From the NCBI GenBank assembly GCA_000182565.2, contig KQ257463.1: a DNA stretch of 64,000 nucleotides; one strand, written 5' to 3'. Of this stretch, positions 35,864 through 50,260 are shown in pieces (the first letter of the stretch is position 1; the number at the start of each line of letters is the position of its first letter). A program made the translations under genes and the position numbers. Below the pieces are notes generated by a model. That model did no database searches and was not told the origin of the DNA. It saw only the letters and a program-made list of their open reading frames with translations. The DNA is from Spizellomyces punctatus DAOM BR117. Taxonomy: Eukaryota.

Positions 35864-37994
35864 TTCACAGAAGCTGAACAGTTCTAAGCGACAGATCTTC
35901 CGTCCTCGGTTGGTGTATGCTTGGTGTGATTGCCGGGGAAGTCCGTTACGCGTACAACAACTTTCGTAAGGGGCAATCCACAAAGTCCAGCAATCCTGAG
36001 CTTACGGGGACAACGTAACCGAGATGGCCGAAAACGGCAGCAAGGTGGAGGAAGACGACACCACAGTCGGTAAGTTGGCTGGAAGGGCAGTCGAAAAGCG
36101 TTCAGACCACAGGAATATGAACAGTACCACCCAAGGGCAAACTAAAGGCGCCAAAGCATGGACGTAGTAGGTAAGGCAGAAAAGACGATTGAAGAGCAGC
36201 TTGTTGAGGAATAAACAGAAAGCGACATGGATCCTGTCGATATTCAGCAAACGCACATCCACAAGTGCGTAATATGCGAGGGAACACGTTGTGAACAACC
36301 AAAGCCACAGTTCTCCACGACTTGATTTTTTCTCGGTCACCTCACGGAGATGAAAGCACTTGCAGGGCCTATTTGACCTTTGATACCAACACTCTCGACA
36401 CAGTCTCAACACACAAGGCTTCGAACTACTCGCACGATGATACGGTAACGATGTTAGAGGGTGAGACGACTGAATACATGGCTTTTCTACCGGTCAAGCC
36501 GACAAATGACATACCTACCCAACCCTTGCCACGCCAATCTCGCGGCTTTTGAATAATGGCGGTCAAAAACTCTTCCCTTGAATACGTCGCCTATTCCATC
36601 CTTGGGGGAACGCACAAGCCCTTGGGGTGAAAACGTTGATAAACACTTCACGTGTAAACAATTGTCTGACCCACGGCTGCTCACGTGATCTTCAGGGAGC
36701 TCCGAGGCTCGGAAGGGCAAATGGGGGGTTTTGTTTTTTTCAAGGCATGGAGCAGGGCTTGCATCTCAAATAATCCGGAACAAGAACAAAGGTAAATTGA
36801 ATAAGGGGAGGTTGAATTGTCGTCATTGGCATCGAAGCGCCCACAATTGGCTGAGTGGTCCCAGGGGCCAGAAATGCCACCGCAAAGGATGTTTTCTTTT
36901 GGGAAATGCAGACCAATGGTGGAGAAACGGATGATCAAGACAATTATCTCATTTACCAGTTCTTTGAGAGATTTGCATAAACACTGGAAACCTGTGGCCA
37001 CTGCGTATTATTCCATCACGGCAATGCATTCAATGACATTGCTCATGGATGCAACAAGGATGTGTTACGACACTCGGGATGATCACCCGTCGACAGAGAT
37101 TGCTGTCCCTCCCTCATCATCCCGTAGCCTTGGATTATCAACCATCACAAATGACGTTGTGTGTGCCAAGCTGTTACAGTCCCTTGCAGACTGCCTCCTC
37201 GCGTGCACTTGCGCGTCCTTCTTCTTGCCATAGCATAGGAGTCCGCGTAAATCCCATAAAGCCACTCAAAAGACGCTTGGACGACCACCCGATTATGGTC
37301 TGATCATGGCAACACTCAACCTCCGGCAGTGGGACTGACAAAGGTTCAGCCTCTCTCTGGCCGTACAGTTACAAAAGAACGAGTTTGCAAAAACCAACAA
37401 CTGCATCCAATCAGATACATAGATTCTCCTCATTCACATTTCGGAAGAACGAAAGTTAATGTATTTTTTTTGTCTCATCATATTGGATACAGGAGTCGCC
37501 AGACACTCATTGAAAAGAGACATGCGCTTGCGCGCACAAAAAGTACGACCTCTCCCCCATCATCGTCGCACCTGCCAGACGGCGTCGCAAAGGACGGAAA
37601 TGCTCGACGCGGTTCAGCAAGCGAGAGACAGTAGGAGACAGATCCTAGGGCAAGCTCAGTTCCGACAAAACCTAGGGTTTTTATACTCAAGAAAATTGCC
37701 AATGCGCCACGCACGTGATGTATAAACGTTGAATTGCGGGAGTTTGCCTTGCAGTTTCTTGGACAGAGAGCTAAAGAAACGCATTTACAATTTGTGCAAT
37801 ATATTTTCATATCAACATATGGAATGAGAAAAGGCGGCCAAAGGGCACCGCTCCTCCACATCCCACTAGCAGCATCCATCACATTGAAAGAAAAGACTAG
37901 AAAACTACCAAATTGCCAGATTTGCGGCTCATCAGGAACACGCGCAATGTGTTATCAGCTCGGTTTACAAATGTTGAGCAATTCCGAGTGTTCT

Positions 37995-39229
37995 TTAAGC
38001 ATCAGCAGAGCCTTCACCTTCACTCTCACGAGCAGGAGGAGTTTGGTAAGCCATGGCCACTTTGATGACCAGTTCCCGGCCATCAACCACAACGTTTTTC
38101 AACTCGGAAAGAACCTTTTCCTGCTCTTTCTCGTCCGCTACCTCGACAAAGCCAAAGCCTTTGCTGCGACCACTGCGGAGTTTAACAACGTGGGACGAAG
38201 TCACGTTATAGTCCTTGAAGATGGAGGACAGATCCTCATCCGTGACTTTGAAGGGGAGATTGGCAACGAAGATGGTGGTCTTGGATGTCTCCCCAGATGT
38301 GTCCCGCGCTGGACGAGGAGCACGGAAGCGGCGGAGACCGCGACCACGTCCACGTCCACGTCCGCGCCCACGCCCGCGACCGTTAACTTCCTCGCCCTCC
38401 TCAGCAGCAGCATCCTCGGCGTACTCTTCCTGAGCGTGAGCTTCATCTTCATCCACACGTGCGCCTTCCTCAGAGCGGCCACCCTATATAGTACAAAAGT
38501 CAAGAATCAGTCGAACTCCTCATTACCTTTTGGTCCCAACTAAACCTTGCGACTTACGTAACCGCCACGGCCTCTGCCTCGTCCACGGAAACCACCCCGG
38601 AAGCCGCCCCTTCCTCTGAAGCCACGGGAGAAACCGCGCCTAAATCTACCGCGTCCGCGGAAGCCGCCTCGACCGCCTTTGGCACGAACTTCACCAGGCT
38701 CCTTGTCCTGAGCCCTCTCCACATTGATCTGCCGTCCACCAAGCTCAGACTTATCCAACAACTCCACGGCTTTGTCTGCTTCCGCGTCGGTGTCGAAGGA
38801 AATGAACCCGTAACCAAGAGAGCGCTGGCCGCGGGTGATGATGTTCACATTGGCGCTGGAGAGTAATATCCATCAGATGTCTTGCATAACTAAGGATGAG
38901 TCTGACCAAGCATGGAATACAAACATCTTGCCGGCCTTGCCAAAGTATTCTTCCAGCTCTTCCTTTGTGGTGGTGAAGGCGAGGTTACCCACAAAGACCT
39001 TGGCAGTGTTATCAAACTCTTGCGCGGCTTCATCGCTCCGTTCGCCCTCCTCCGCAGGGGCAGCAGCTGCATCCTGTTCCGTCTGTTCCTTCTTCTTGTG
39101 GTTCCTCCTCCTGGGCTTTTTCTCTTCAGTCTTCTTGTCCTCAGCCGCAGAAGCTCCCTCGTTCAAAGAGAGGTTCTGTACACCTTCGGCGAGCTGGTCA
39201 GCAGTGGTAGTCTCGTTCTTTTCGGCCAT
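37995..39229 (-). CDS. RNA-binding protein with two RRM domains and RGG/RG repeats (multi-exon)
   Basis: RNP2 VFVGNL and IFVANL, RNP1 LGYGFISF and KGFGFVEV, with GGFRGRG and (RG)n tracts between them. Confidence 0.85.
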
Positions 39230-40413
39230 GCTGATTTCCCACAACGTGTGATTCAAGATGGTTGCGGACAAGGCAAATGACGCGTCAAGGATTGCGGAGC
39301 GAAAGGAAAAAACATGGTGAGACAGCATGTCCAAAGAGTCCACCACGAAACAGTAGCATGGCTGATGTGCAATCTTGACATGATCATCGGCTGATCTGAC
39401 GCCATTGTGCACAACACTCACACTGAGAGGGGATGTTATTGTCGTCTTCTTTCTGCTATATTTCAATGAGCTGGACGGGGAGCGCTGCCTCCTCAATATG
39501 AGCAGGAGGATGGATGGATTGATCTTTTGCTTTCTTGGGATGGATGGATGTGATTTGGGACAACAGCTTGTCTCTTGGCTCCTCCACTTATTACATGACA
39601 GAGTCGCGTAACGTAACGGCAGTGCCGGTTTCCCGTTTCGGACAAAGTAACACAAATGACTCATCCAAGTATGGACGGAATGTTAGTCCCACCAATTTGC
39701 TTTTGTGGTGCAGTTGATAACGACGCTTTCCTACAACAACCAACCGCTTGCCAGTTCGACCCTGGCCAGGAGCAGTACGATTATTGGGTTGCACCTTTTT
39801 TTCGAGAGGCGTTTTTGGGGCTAGAGCTTTGCCGGGGGGAAGGAGCGGGAAGCCCGTGCAAATCCAGCCCACAAGTACAAACAATACTTGTTTATTTTGC
39901 TATTGCTATGCCAAAATGCTAGGTTGCGGATCTGCGCGGATCTGCGTATTGTTGCGTGTGTTTTGTTAAGGTTTTTGGAACTTTTCCATCTATTTTTATC
40001 CAAAAGATCCTTTTGAAAAACGAACGCGATGATTCTTCTCAATAATCCATCTCTTTGAACGCCCCCGACCATCTCCGATTTTTATTTGTTGATAAGCCTA
40101 CGCCACAGTCCGATAAGAATATGATAATTGGATCCACACTTGTCCACATGCAAATGGATTGGATACTTGGAGGGAATGTGTGGCGCTCTCGGTGCATATT
40201 CAAGAATGCATTACATCCGGATACAGTTTCTAATGCATGACTCTCAGCAAAAGAGGCGTAGCACTGTGGCTGGTAAGTCTCTTCAAAAGGGGCTGCAATT
40301 TCCTTCTGGGAAAATAACTGCGCTCCCATCCTCTCCATCTGCCATCTGCTGCTCCTCGTCCCCGTCCTCATTTACCTGCATCCCATACCCCTCCATCACT
40401 AGCATTTCGAACC

Positions 40414-42969
40414 ATGAGTCAGCAAGCTCGCATCAACGCTGTTCAGGACACTGTCCAGCGCCCTGGTCGCAGTGTTGACTGGCCTCAGACTGGAAACCGT
40501 CCCGCCTACGTTTCCGAAATCTATGGCACCAACGTCTTCTCCCTCAAGAACCTTCAACAAACTCTTCCCAAACCTGTCTACGCGCGCTTCATCCAGCAAA
40601 TCAAGGTGGGTACTCGGGAATGGAAATCCAGATGTGAAACGATCAGATCATCTAGGAACGCGGGGGAAATGGGATTGGAGACCTATGTGGAATGTGCCTC
40701 CATTGCTGTCTCTATTCATGATACACGTGAAAGAGTATCGACAATGACTGATGACTGTCCTTTTTTTCTCTAGGGTCGTCAGACACTTGACAGGCCAACT
40801 GCCGATGCTGTCGCCCACGCCGTCAAGGTCTGGGCCATGGACCGGTATGTACAGATACTTTCATTATTGAGAGATCAGCGGTGAAATAGCAAATGCTAAC
40901 TCGCTCCATTTACAGTGGTGCAACTCACTTCACTCACTGGTTCCAGCCCCAAACCGGCACAACCGCTGAGAAGCACGACAGTTTCTTGACTTTGAAGACT
41001 GTCATTTCTGGTGGAATTGAAGAGACCACTGCCATCGACGCGTTCTCCGGCTCTCAACTTCTTCAGTCTGAACCTGATGCGTCTTCATTCCCCAACGGTG
41101 GTATGCGTTCCACCTTCGAAGCTCGTGGTTACACTATCTGGGACACCACCAGGTAATTATTATCGCGTGTGACAAACGTTCACAGAGAAATCTGTGTACT
41201 GACATCTCTTCCGCCGCAGCCCCATGTTCATTCGCAAAGGTCCTCACGGTACCGCTATCCTCTACGTTCCCTCTGTTTTCATCTCCTACAACGGAGAGGC
41301 TCTTGATGAGAAGACTATCCTTCTCCGCTCATCTGAAGTTCTTTCGAACGCGGCTGTCAAATTGCTCAACCTTCTCGGCGACAAGGAGACGAAGCGTGTG
41401 TACGCCACCTTGGGTACCGAACAAGAATTCTTCCTTATTGACCGTGCTCTTTACAACCTTCGTCCTGATCTTAAGATCACTGGCCGTACTCTTGTCGGTA
41501 CTGTTCCTCCCAAGCACCAGCAGCTGGACGACCACTACTTTGGTCAAATCCCCAGCCGTGTCCTTGCTGCCATCAGCGAAGCCGAGCTCGAGCTCTACAA
41601 GCTTGGTGTGCCAATCAAGACTCGCCACAACGAAGTCGCCCCCAACCAGTTTGAGATGGCTCCCATTTTCGAGGAGGCTTCCGTCGCTGTTGACCACAAC
41701 CTTGTCTTGATGGAGACCCTTCACCAGGTTGCTCACCGCCACAAGTTGAAGGTTCTCTTCCACGAGAAGCCTTTCAAGGGTGTGAACGGTAGCGGAAAGC
41801 ACTGCAACTGGGCCATGTCTACTGACTCTGGCGACAACTTGCTCGACCCTACTCTCAAGCCTGAGACCAACTACCGCTTCCTTCTCTTCCTTGTCGCTGT
41901 CCTTGACGCTGTTCACAAGCACGGTGGTTTACTCCGCGCGTCTATTGCTAGCGCCAGTAACGAGCACCGTCTTGGTGCTAACGAAGCTCCCCCCGGTATT
42001 GTGTCCGCGTTCTTGGGTGAGCACCTTACTGAGGTGTTGAACTCCATTGAAGAGAACCGCGATGTTCGCAACTTCTCCCAACCCCACCTTCAGGTTGTCA
42101 AGGTTGGAGGCACTGTCCTTGACCTCAAGGTTTCCACCCTTCCTCAGATCGCCCGTGATCTTACGGACCGTAACCGTACTTCTCCTTTCGCTTTCACTGG
42201 AAACAAGTTTGAATTCCGTGCTGTTGGTTCCAAGCAATCCCCATCTTTCCCCGTCGTTCTCCTCAACTCTGCTGTCGCTCAGTCGATTACGGAGGTTACA
42301 GAGGCGCTTGTGAAACAGAAGGGTAACAAGCCTGAGCCATCAATTGACGACATCCTTGCCGTTGTCCGCAAGTTCATTGCTGCCAGCAGGAACATCCGCT
42401 TTGAGGGTAACAACTACTCTGATGAGTGGGTCAAGGAGGCTGAGAAGCGTGGTCTTCCCAACATCAAGTCTTGCCCTGTTGCCTTCCGTCAGTTGCTTGA
42501 ACCTGAGCACGCCAAGCTCTTGACCTCCCTTGGTATCTTCACCGAGGGCGAGTTGCACTCTCGTTTCCACATTCTCATGGAAAAGTACGCCAAGGACCTT
42601 GTCATTGAGGGCAACACTCTCAAGAACATGATACTGCAGGGTGTCCTCCCTGCCGCCTACAACTTCAAGAAGGAGTTGGCAGATTCTTTGAATTCGCAAA
42701 AGAACCTTGGCCTGGACATTGAGGGCTCACCCGAGCTGAGCACTCTCAAGAAGGTCAGCAAGCTTACTGCCGAGTTGCAGCAAGCTGTTGATAAGCTCTC
42801 TGGCATCATTGACAAGGTCAATGGATTGGAGGACGAGAAGCAAGGTGACGTTGCTGGTACCGAATTGACTGTTTCATTGGACGAGGTCCGTCAAGCCGCG
42901 GATGCATTGGAAGTATATATCGCTGACAAGCAGTGGCCATACCCCAAGTATACCGAGCTTCTGTTCTAG
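40414..42969 (+). CDS. glnN: Glutamine synthetase type III (GSIII/GlnN), 4 exons
   Basis: GSIII signatures [113 protein letters not shown] and the terminal [11 protein letters not shown]. Confidence 0.93.
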
Positions 42970-43204
42970 AGTTTCATGGGTTAATGTAGAAGAGCATGCA
43001 GACAATAGTATGTTAGGATGAGGCTAGATGCGTATGTTTGCTTTAAACAAAATTTTGTGTTATTTTTTCTCGAGTCTTTTGTTATTTCCATAAATGAATA
43101 CATTATCATGCTGTATTTGGGAGTGGACCGAGATGCATTTAAAAGTCCAATGTATTTGCTAGCGATGATACTCAATCCTGATGAGGTAAATGCCATTTGC
43201 AACC

Positions 43205-44052
43205 TCAAAGATGGGCGAGAACGGCTTCGGCAGTAGAGTTCTCCAGACCTTTCAAATCTACGCCAACCCACTTGACGGTACCGTCGTTGGCAATGATGGC
43301 AGAGCGACGGGTGCGCGGCCCCATTTCAAGAGCTCCTGTTAAGGTTATCGCTTATGAGGATCCCCACTATAAAAATACTTGACATGTATGGGAAACCTAC
43401 CGCCACGGGTCTCAAATGCGAGACCAAGTTTCTTGGATAATTCAACATATGGGTCCGACAACATGATCTAACAAAACCATGAACCATCAATACCTCAACC
43501 ACTCTCTCCAGAAAACAAACTCCAAAAGCCCACTTACAATATCCTTGCCGACTTTGAGATGCTTTCCCCAGGCGTCCATAGCAAACACGGTATCAGCCGC
43601 AAGAACCGCGACAGTGTCTACACCCTTGGCCTTCAAATCAGCGAGTTTTTCAATAAAACCTGGAATATGGGATCCTTGACAGGTAGGAGAAAACGCCGCA
43701 GGAACAGAGACGAGAACGACATTTTTGTTCTTGAATACTTGTAGATTTGCAAAAAAATCAAATATATTATCAAATCACCATCAATACCACAAACACACAA
43801 AAACACAAAAACAAACTCACATTCAGTGGTTGAAATCTTTTGCGGAATAGCACAAACACCCTCCTCTTCCGGGTTGTTTGAATAAAAGAGTGTTGCTTCG
43901 GGTATCTTGTCTCCGGGCTGGATTTGGGCTTGTGCCTGTGACCGTAGGCAAGCGGCAGGGGAGAACCAGCGGGTGTGAGGTACAAGTGATGGGAGGAGGG
44001 TCTTGTGTGGGCTGATGCGTGTTGCGCGAAGGAGGGTACTTACGTTGCTCAT
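43205..44052 (-). CDS. Peroxiredoxin, Prx5/Ahp1 type, with mitochondrial-like presequence (multi-exon)
   Basis: IQPGDKIPEATL, VPAAFSPTCQGSHIPGF (peroxidatic Cys), DTVFAMDAWGK, MGPRTRRSAIIANDGTVKWV. Confidence 0.85.
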
Positions 44053-44376
44053 TGTTTGTGAGTTGTAGATGCGAGTGTGAAAAGTGATGAATGTCGGTGG
44101 ATGATGCCAAGATGAGGGAAAACGGTGGAATGTCATCCCCCCGATCGATCACGGTATCACGTGCGTAACGCTTGATAATCAGCATGACAGTTGCTAAATG
44201 GCGAGAAACACGGCCATTGTGCAGATAGCAAGCTTGACACCCCAGTTTTGATTAGGAATCATCGTGCAATTACAATACAAAGGAACACACTAGGTCCATC
44301 CACACAACAGCAAAACTGAATTAAAAACGTCCCTGTTTTCCTCCGCATGCATTGCTATCCACAAAGTTAACGCCAT

Positions 44377-47176
44377 CTACTCAACAATCATAGTACGCTC
44401 GTCATTTTGGAGAACAAGAGGTGACTGATCAGGCAGTTGTTGCTGGTCATCCTCTTGTTCCATCTCATCGATCCACTCATCCAGCTCCGGTTCATTGTCT
44501 AGCGACTCTGCAGTAATGTGTTGTCCGCTTCCCACCCACCTATCCAACCATCCCAGGACTTCCGCATGCCATTTCAGGGAATTGCCAGGTTTGAGCACCC
44601 AGTGGTTCTCATCTGGGAAATACACAAGGCGAGAGGGCACACCTCGTCTCTGTAACGCAGTAAAGGTAGATAATCCTTCCGTAACGGGAAGCCGATAGTC
44701 TTTTTCGCCGTGGATGACCAAAGTGGGTGTGGACCATTTGTGGACAAACGCGGCTGGGTTCCATTTTTCGTAGATACGGTTCGGTTTGGATTTTCGACCT
44801 TGTGGGAAGGGTGGTCCTCCGAATTCACTTTCCATAAAGTAAAGTTCGTCTGTGGCATAGTAGCTGGAAAGCGTATTAAAGGTCCCGTCATGATTGACGA
44901 GGCATTTAAATCGGTTGGTGTGGCCGTTAATCCAGTTGATCATGTATCCACCATAGGACGCGCCCAAAGCAGCGACACGCTTGCTGTCAATGAAAGGAAA
45001 GTTTTCAAGAGCAAAATCCAGGCCTCTCATCAAGTCTGTGGCCACCGAATGGTAAGTGCCGTGCAGTTATTCAAGTATAGCCGTCAGCCAAACATACCAT
45101 GGTAAGGGCGGCCTCCCCAATGTTTCAAAATGGATTTCGTGAAATCGGGTCCGTAACCAGTGGAACCGTGAAAGTTGATCACCACCACTAAACATGACGA
45201 TGGTTAATCTTACGAAAAAAGAAATTACACGGTAAGGATTGCAAACAGTACCGGCATATCCCGCGCCTGTGAAAATCTGTGGGTTCCACCTACCACATAT
45301 GTCAACGTTGCCCATAGTCAGAATGGACCGACTGAAATAAGCAGGTTACCTGTAAGACCACCCATCATTCCATGCACCCTCAGGTCCACCATGAATCAAG
45401 AATGCCAGAGGGTAGCGTGCCTGAGAATGGAATGTGACAGGTTTGAACAGCCATCCCATCACAGAATCGCCAGTGGCTCCCCTGAACCAGAATTCCTAGG
45501 GCAAGGACTTAATCAGAGCCGGCGTTGAATAGACATCAACAGCACATACCTCTGGATCGCTCAAAAGAGTTTGGAGCAAGAGATCGTTATTGAACCATGT
45601 CCGCTGCGTCGGCTGTGCACTTTTTTCAGAAAGATCCAGGGTATAAATCTCAGCGGGGGCTACGGCACTGTTCTGCTCAAAGAAGAGCGTATCTCCAACG
45701 ACGGACAGCCCTTCGTTTGTATGCTGTTCAACAATGGGTTTGACCTTGCGCGACTTGATGCTTAATTTGAAAATCTTGACGTGGCCGTGATCTTGGGCTG
45801 TGAGGATGAGGTGATGCGAGTCGGCTGTCCATGCCAAGGATTCTGCACTGCGATCCCATTTGCTTGCTAGGTTTCGGACCTTTCCGGTTTCCCGGTCGTA
45901 AAGAACAATTTGGTTCTTATCGGCTTCGTATTGGGGTGTCTGTTAAGGGATAGTCAGATACTCCGAAGTGGATGCGGCAATACAATACGTCCGAGGATTG
46001 ATATGTACCCGCATCTGAAGCCACACAAGATATTTCCCATCAGGAGAATACACGGGGAACGTGTCGGCTCCCTTGTTCTTTCCGGAGAGACTCATAGGCT
46101 TTTCGCTGCCGTCCGTTGGCACAGTGTAAATATCGACATTGGTGTTCCAGGCGACGCTCCTTTTGGGAGCGCGCGTGGCAAAAGCGATCTGTTTGCCTGG
46201 AACAAAACAACACAATGGTTAGCTCACGTAGGCCCAGAACCGCCCTCATGTTGATACCCACCATCATGAGAGAATGCAAAGTTACTGGCGTCGCCAAAAG
46301 GAGGAACGGGGGTCTCCAAACCCTCCCCTGCCATTAAATTCGTAGCGTTCCCATCAAGAGAAACAGAGGACCCATCGACTTTGAGCTTGACGACAAACAA
46401 GTTGTTATGGCGCTCAGGGTGGACGTAGACATCCCAGTGTCTGACAAATAACTGGTCTGATTGTTTATCAGCGACTCGACTATGAGCAAACATTCATACT
46501 AACAACAAATACCATAAACAACAGCCGAATAATGCCTGTTCTTTTCTTCTTCTATCTTCTTACGTGCTGTTTCCAATGAGCCATCTTCGTAAACCTCGGC
46601 TGTGAAAGCCAACGTAGATGTGTTTACGTGGAATTTGAGATTAGCGATGTCAATGGGGTAATCAGTGAGTTGGTGGAATTCCGGCTTGTCTCTCAGAGAA
46701 GTGTCGTTGAGAAGTTGAGACACATCGGCGAACCAAACCTGTAATTGCACGAACATGACTTTAGGAGAACGTTTGGGATAAATATAAATATGACACACCA
46801 CAAACCTGCTGGGATCCACTCCCACTTCCAATCCCGGCAATTACTCCGTTCCCCAACCAGATCGGATCACCAACAACATTTCCACCGAGATTGACCACAC
46901 TATTATCCTCGAGATTCAGCAACCACAGAGCCTTTTTGGTCTCATTCTCGGTCGGGTTGTATCGTGAAGCGGTAAACAGCGCATGTCGGCCATCAAGAGA
47001 CGGAACAGGTGATGAAACCTTATGAAAAGATACGAGGTCCTATGTACAAAAGGTTTTTAATGGTAGTGCCAATCGTGCTAAAGTGCACACGGAAGACCTA
47101 CGATGGGTCGTAGTGGGTGAACTTCCGCTAGAACCAAGCTGACAAACACCGCCAGCAGAGCGAGTGCAGCACGCAT
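44377..47176 (-). CDS. DPP5: Secreted S9 peptidase, dipeptidyl-peptidase 5-like (multi-exon)
   Basis: Signal peptide MRAALALLAVFVSLVLA, FVRHWDVY, IHGGPEGAW, GASYGG nucleophile, HGEKDYR, FPDENHW. Confidence 0.88.
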
Positions 47177-48021
47177 GACAAACGCAAAACTCGAGAGATA
47201 ACTGCCGTAAGGATGGAAAGATGGCAGAAAGTTGGAACACCCGATGCGTCTTATCACTTGAAGCGATCTTGGCCACTGAGAAGTGTGACTCATTGGCCTT
47301 TGATGAGTAAGCAACGTGATCAGTCGACCCTTTCTCCTCATCTGCTCGAACAACAGTCTGCTGGAAACAAGTAGAAACGGCTGGTAGCAAAGGGTGGGCT
47401 TCAAAAAGGGAAAAGAAAACGGATGGTCTTGTCAAGATAGGAAGCTGTGTAGACTCGGACATCTTAAATATTGGGGAGCATATGGACGATGGAGTTAACA
47501 AGGTCGACATGTCCGACCACGAGCAGGAGAGAAGGATTTGAACCCACATCTGCCAATTGGCTGTCCAGGACTGCTAGTTACAGCATAACCAAGATGATAG
47601 GAATTTGCCACACGGCAGAATCACTCAAGAGACAAATGACCTACATGGATAAGCAGGAGCCATTGACTGGCGAGTATTTGCTTTTGCTGTAATCGATGTA
47701 AGTATGAACAAGATAAAGTCATGTTTAATCCATAAAGTCCCATTCAGCAAATTACAAAGATCTGATGACACAGAACACGATCTATTGAGGATAAACCAGA
47801 CGATGCTACATATTGTCCAATTGTCCACAAGCTCCGAGGGTCAAAAAAAACAAAAACAGCCGCAGCCAAAGGGTTCGAAAACCTCATTTCCCATCATACT
47901 CTCTTTGCATGCAAACAAGACTTGGTAATACGTGCGATACATGGCCAAATGACGGGACACACCGAGCTCTGAATTAAACGCGACGCCCCAGCACTGACGC
48001 GTTTTTGTCCTCTGGAGCATC

Positions 48022-50260
48022 ATGTCCGTCTCCCGCTCCTCTTCCACCGACTCGCTCAACATCCCATTAACCCTCCTCGCACGCACGGATCCCTTCCCGC
48101 AAACTGCCATTTCACCCGCAACAAAACCCAATGTCCAACCCATGAATACGAAACAAGAACCGAGCGCTGATCTATCTCGCATGGATCCCGACAAGAGTGG
48201 GGAGGGTGTACAGGACGGCCCCTTGCGCCTAGACACGAGTGAGGGTGTGCATGGACAGGATATGGAGGAGATCATCGAAAAGATTGCTGCTGTGGAACTT
48301 GTTGAGCAGGGTGTTAGGGATCATGCTATGTCAGAAAAGCGCGAGGAAGCGCGTGAGCATGGGCAGCACGGCGAGAATACGTTTGGTACGTACTTTTTCG
48401 GTGCCTAAAGAAAATGACGCAGAGAACATATACTAATGATATTGTTTTTTTGGATAGGTCAAGGTATGGGGTTAGGTGACAGCACATGGGAGAGTTGTAG
48501 GCGTGCTGCTGACAGTGTTCAACTCCAGCTTTACCCGAGTCGCAATTGAAGCGGTCCGCAGGCCATCCAGCTCCCAAGTCCCTCAAAAGCTCTGTCAAAT
48601 CAGGGCTATCACGGCCGAAATCATCGACAAATGTTGTCAACGCCGATCAACCACCAAAATCAAAACGGTCGTCACCGAAAAAGACGGCGGGAAGCACCGG
48701 GCCAATACGGTCTCAAACGTCATCTCCCGTACGTGTAAGTCGGTCTAGGAATCCGTCACAGGCCTTTGCACAGTCTTCCGTTCATGAGAGCAAGGTGGAA
48801 AAAGTGGGAACTGAGCCCGAGGCGGTGACAGCTCCCCTGCTGCCAATGCATGACGACCTCATGGCCGACTCTGTCCACATGGATATAGATCCCGATGCCT
48901 TGAAATTCGGGGAATCGGTAGACAAATGGACAGGTCTGATGCGTCGAGCAATTCTGGTGGGTGACTATTTCACTTTTGTCTTCGACTGCCCTTTTGTTTA
49001 CGCCATTTTATTATCATAGGCTGATTTCATTACTGCTAAAAGCGATCTATTACGTCGTCAACATCAGTTGGTCGAAAGCGCGCGGCAAGGCTTTGCGGGC
49101 GAGGTTGATTCGCTCTCTGATCAGCTTCGTCATGTGAGGTCCCAAATTGCATTCTACGAAAAGAAGGCGGAAAAGAGGGAGAAATTGGTCGATGCAGCCT
49201 TGCTCTATTTGACGAGAAAAGTGAGATAGCTACATTTAGACAGTTGATTATTACCAACTGCTCATGTTTTGCTTCTGGTTTGAATCATTAGCGGGAAAAG
49301 GCGACAGCAGCCCTCCTCTTTGGTCGCTGGCGGTCAAAGCATGCGGAATCACGTCGGCTACGACTCGCGTTCAAGCTCACACAGCAATACGCTACCAAAA
49401 ACCTGCAGCGTAAGATGTTACTAGGGTGGCAGAGAGCCGCTGGGACAACCTGGCGACGAACGGTGGAGCGCAAAATCAAGGTTGGTTGCTCCCAGAGTAA
49501 TATGTTGCTGATGAGGACATTTGAATATTGAGCACTACTTGAAAATGTCTAGATGGAAGCCGAAAAGGCAATGGAAAACCTTGCTAGCGAGTATGAGAAG
49601 CGCATTGCAGTGGTAAGTTCCCATTAGCATTCAAGCGGCGGAGCAGCATGCTCATGTTTTACGTGTTAGATTAAAGAAGAACTTGCGGATGTTCATGCCC
49701 GACTGGACGAGTCTGAACGAGCGCGATCCCTCCAGCAGGAAGACATGAAGAAGGCTTTTATGCGGGGTGTATGTGCTTTAAACATGGAAGCCATGTCCAT
49801 GTTTCGCGGGGCCATGGCAAATGGGGAAATGATGGATGGGATGGGGGGATACGGTGTGGATCCGCCGACACAACCTTCCCATCTCAACGCGGGGTATCGG
49901 AGCGATATCCAACCGCAACAACGAACAACAGATTGGGATGACCCATCCAGACGAGATCGTCAAGGCGGCATGGCAGGTCCCAACAGCGTTCCATTGCCAC
50001 CACGCCGTACCACAACCTTTCCGTCCAAACCAGACTCACTAAAAGCGACGATAGAAAGTGTCACCAACCAGATTGCATCAAAATCGTATTCTTCACCGTA
50101 TCAGCCAACGTCGTACCAAGGACGCGGATCTGCGTTTGTGACGCGGCATGCTCAACAGTCTGCTGCTGGTTGGGCCGGGGAAGCTGGGGAATGGTCTGCG
50201 GGGGAACGTGGGAACCTACGACTGGGAGCCGTGCCAGTTCCTCAGAGATATCCCAGTTGA
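48022..50260 (+). CDS. POC5: Centrosomal protein POC5-like (multi-exon)
   Basis: Coiled coil ending in the POC5 hallmark EDMKKAFMRGVCALNMEAMSMF, with W-containing centrin-binding-like repeats upstream. Confidence 0.8.

Noticed and set aside
40195-40210. CATA-TTCAA upstream of the GSIII gene as a possible target of the orphan guide
   Set aside because: Only 5 nt match beyond the TAM.
41329-42699. Long antisense ORFs opposite the glutamine synthetase
   Set aside because: Shadow ORFs produced by strong codon bias of the sense gene.
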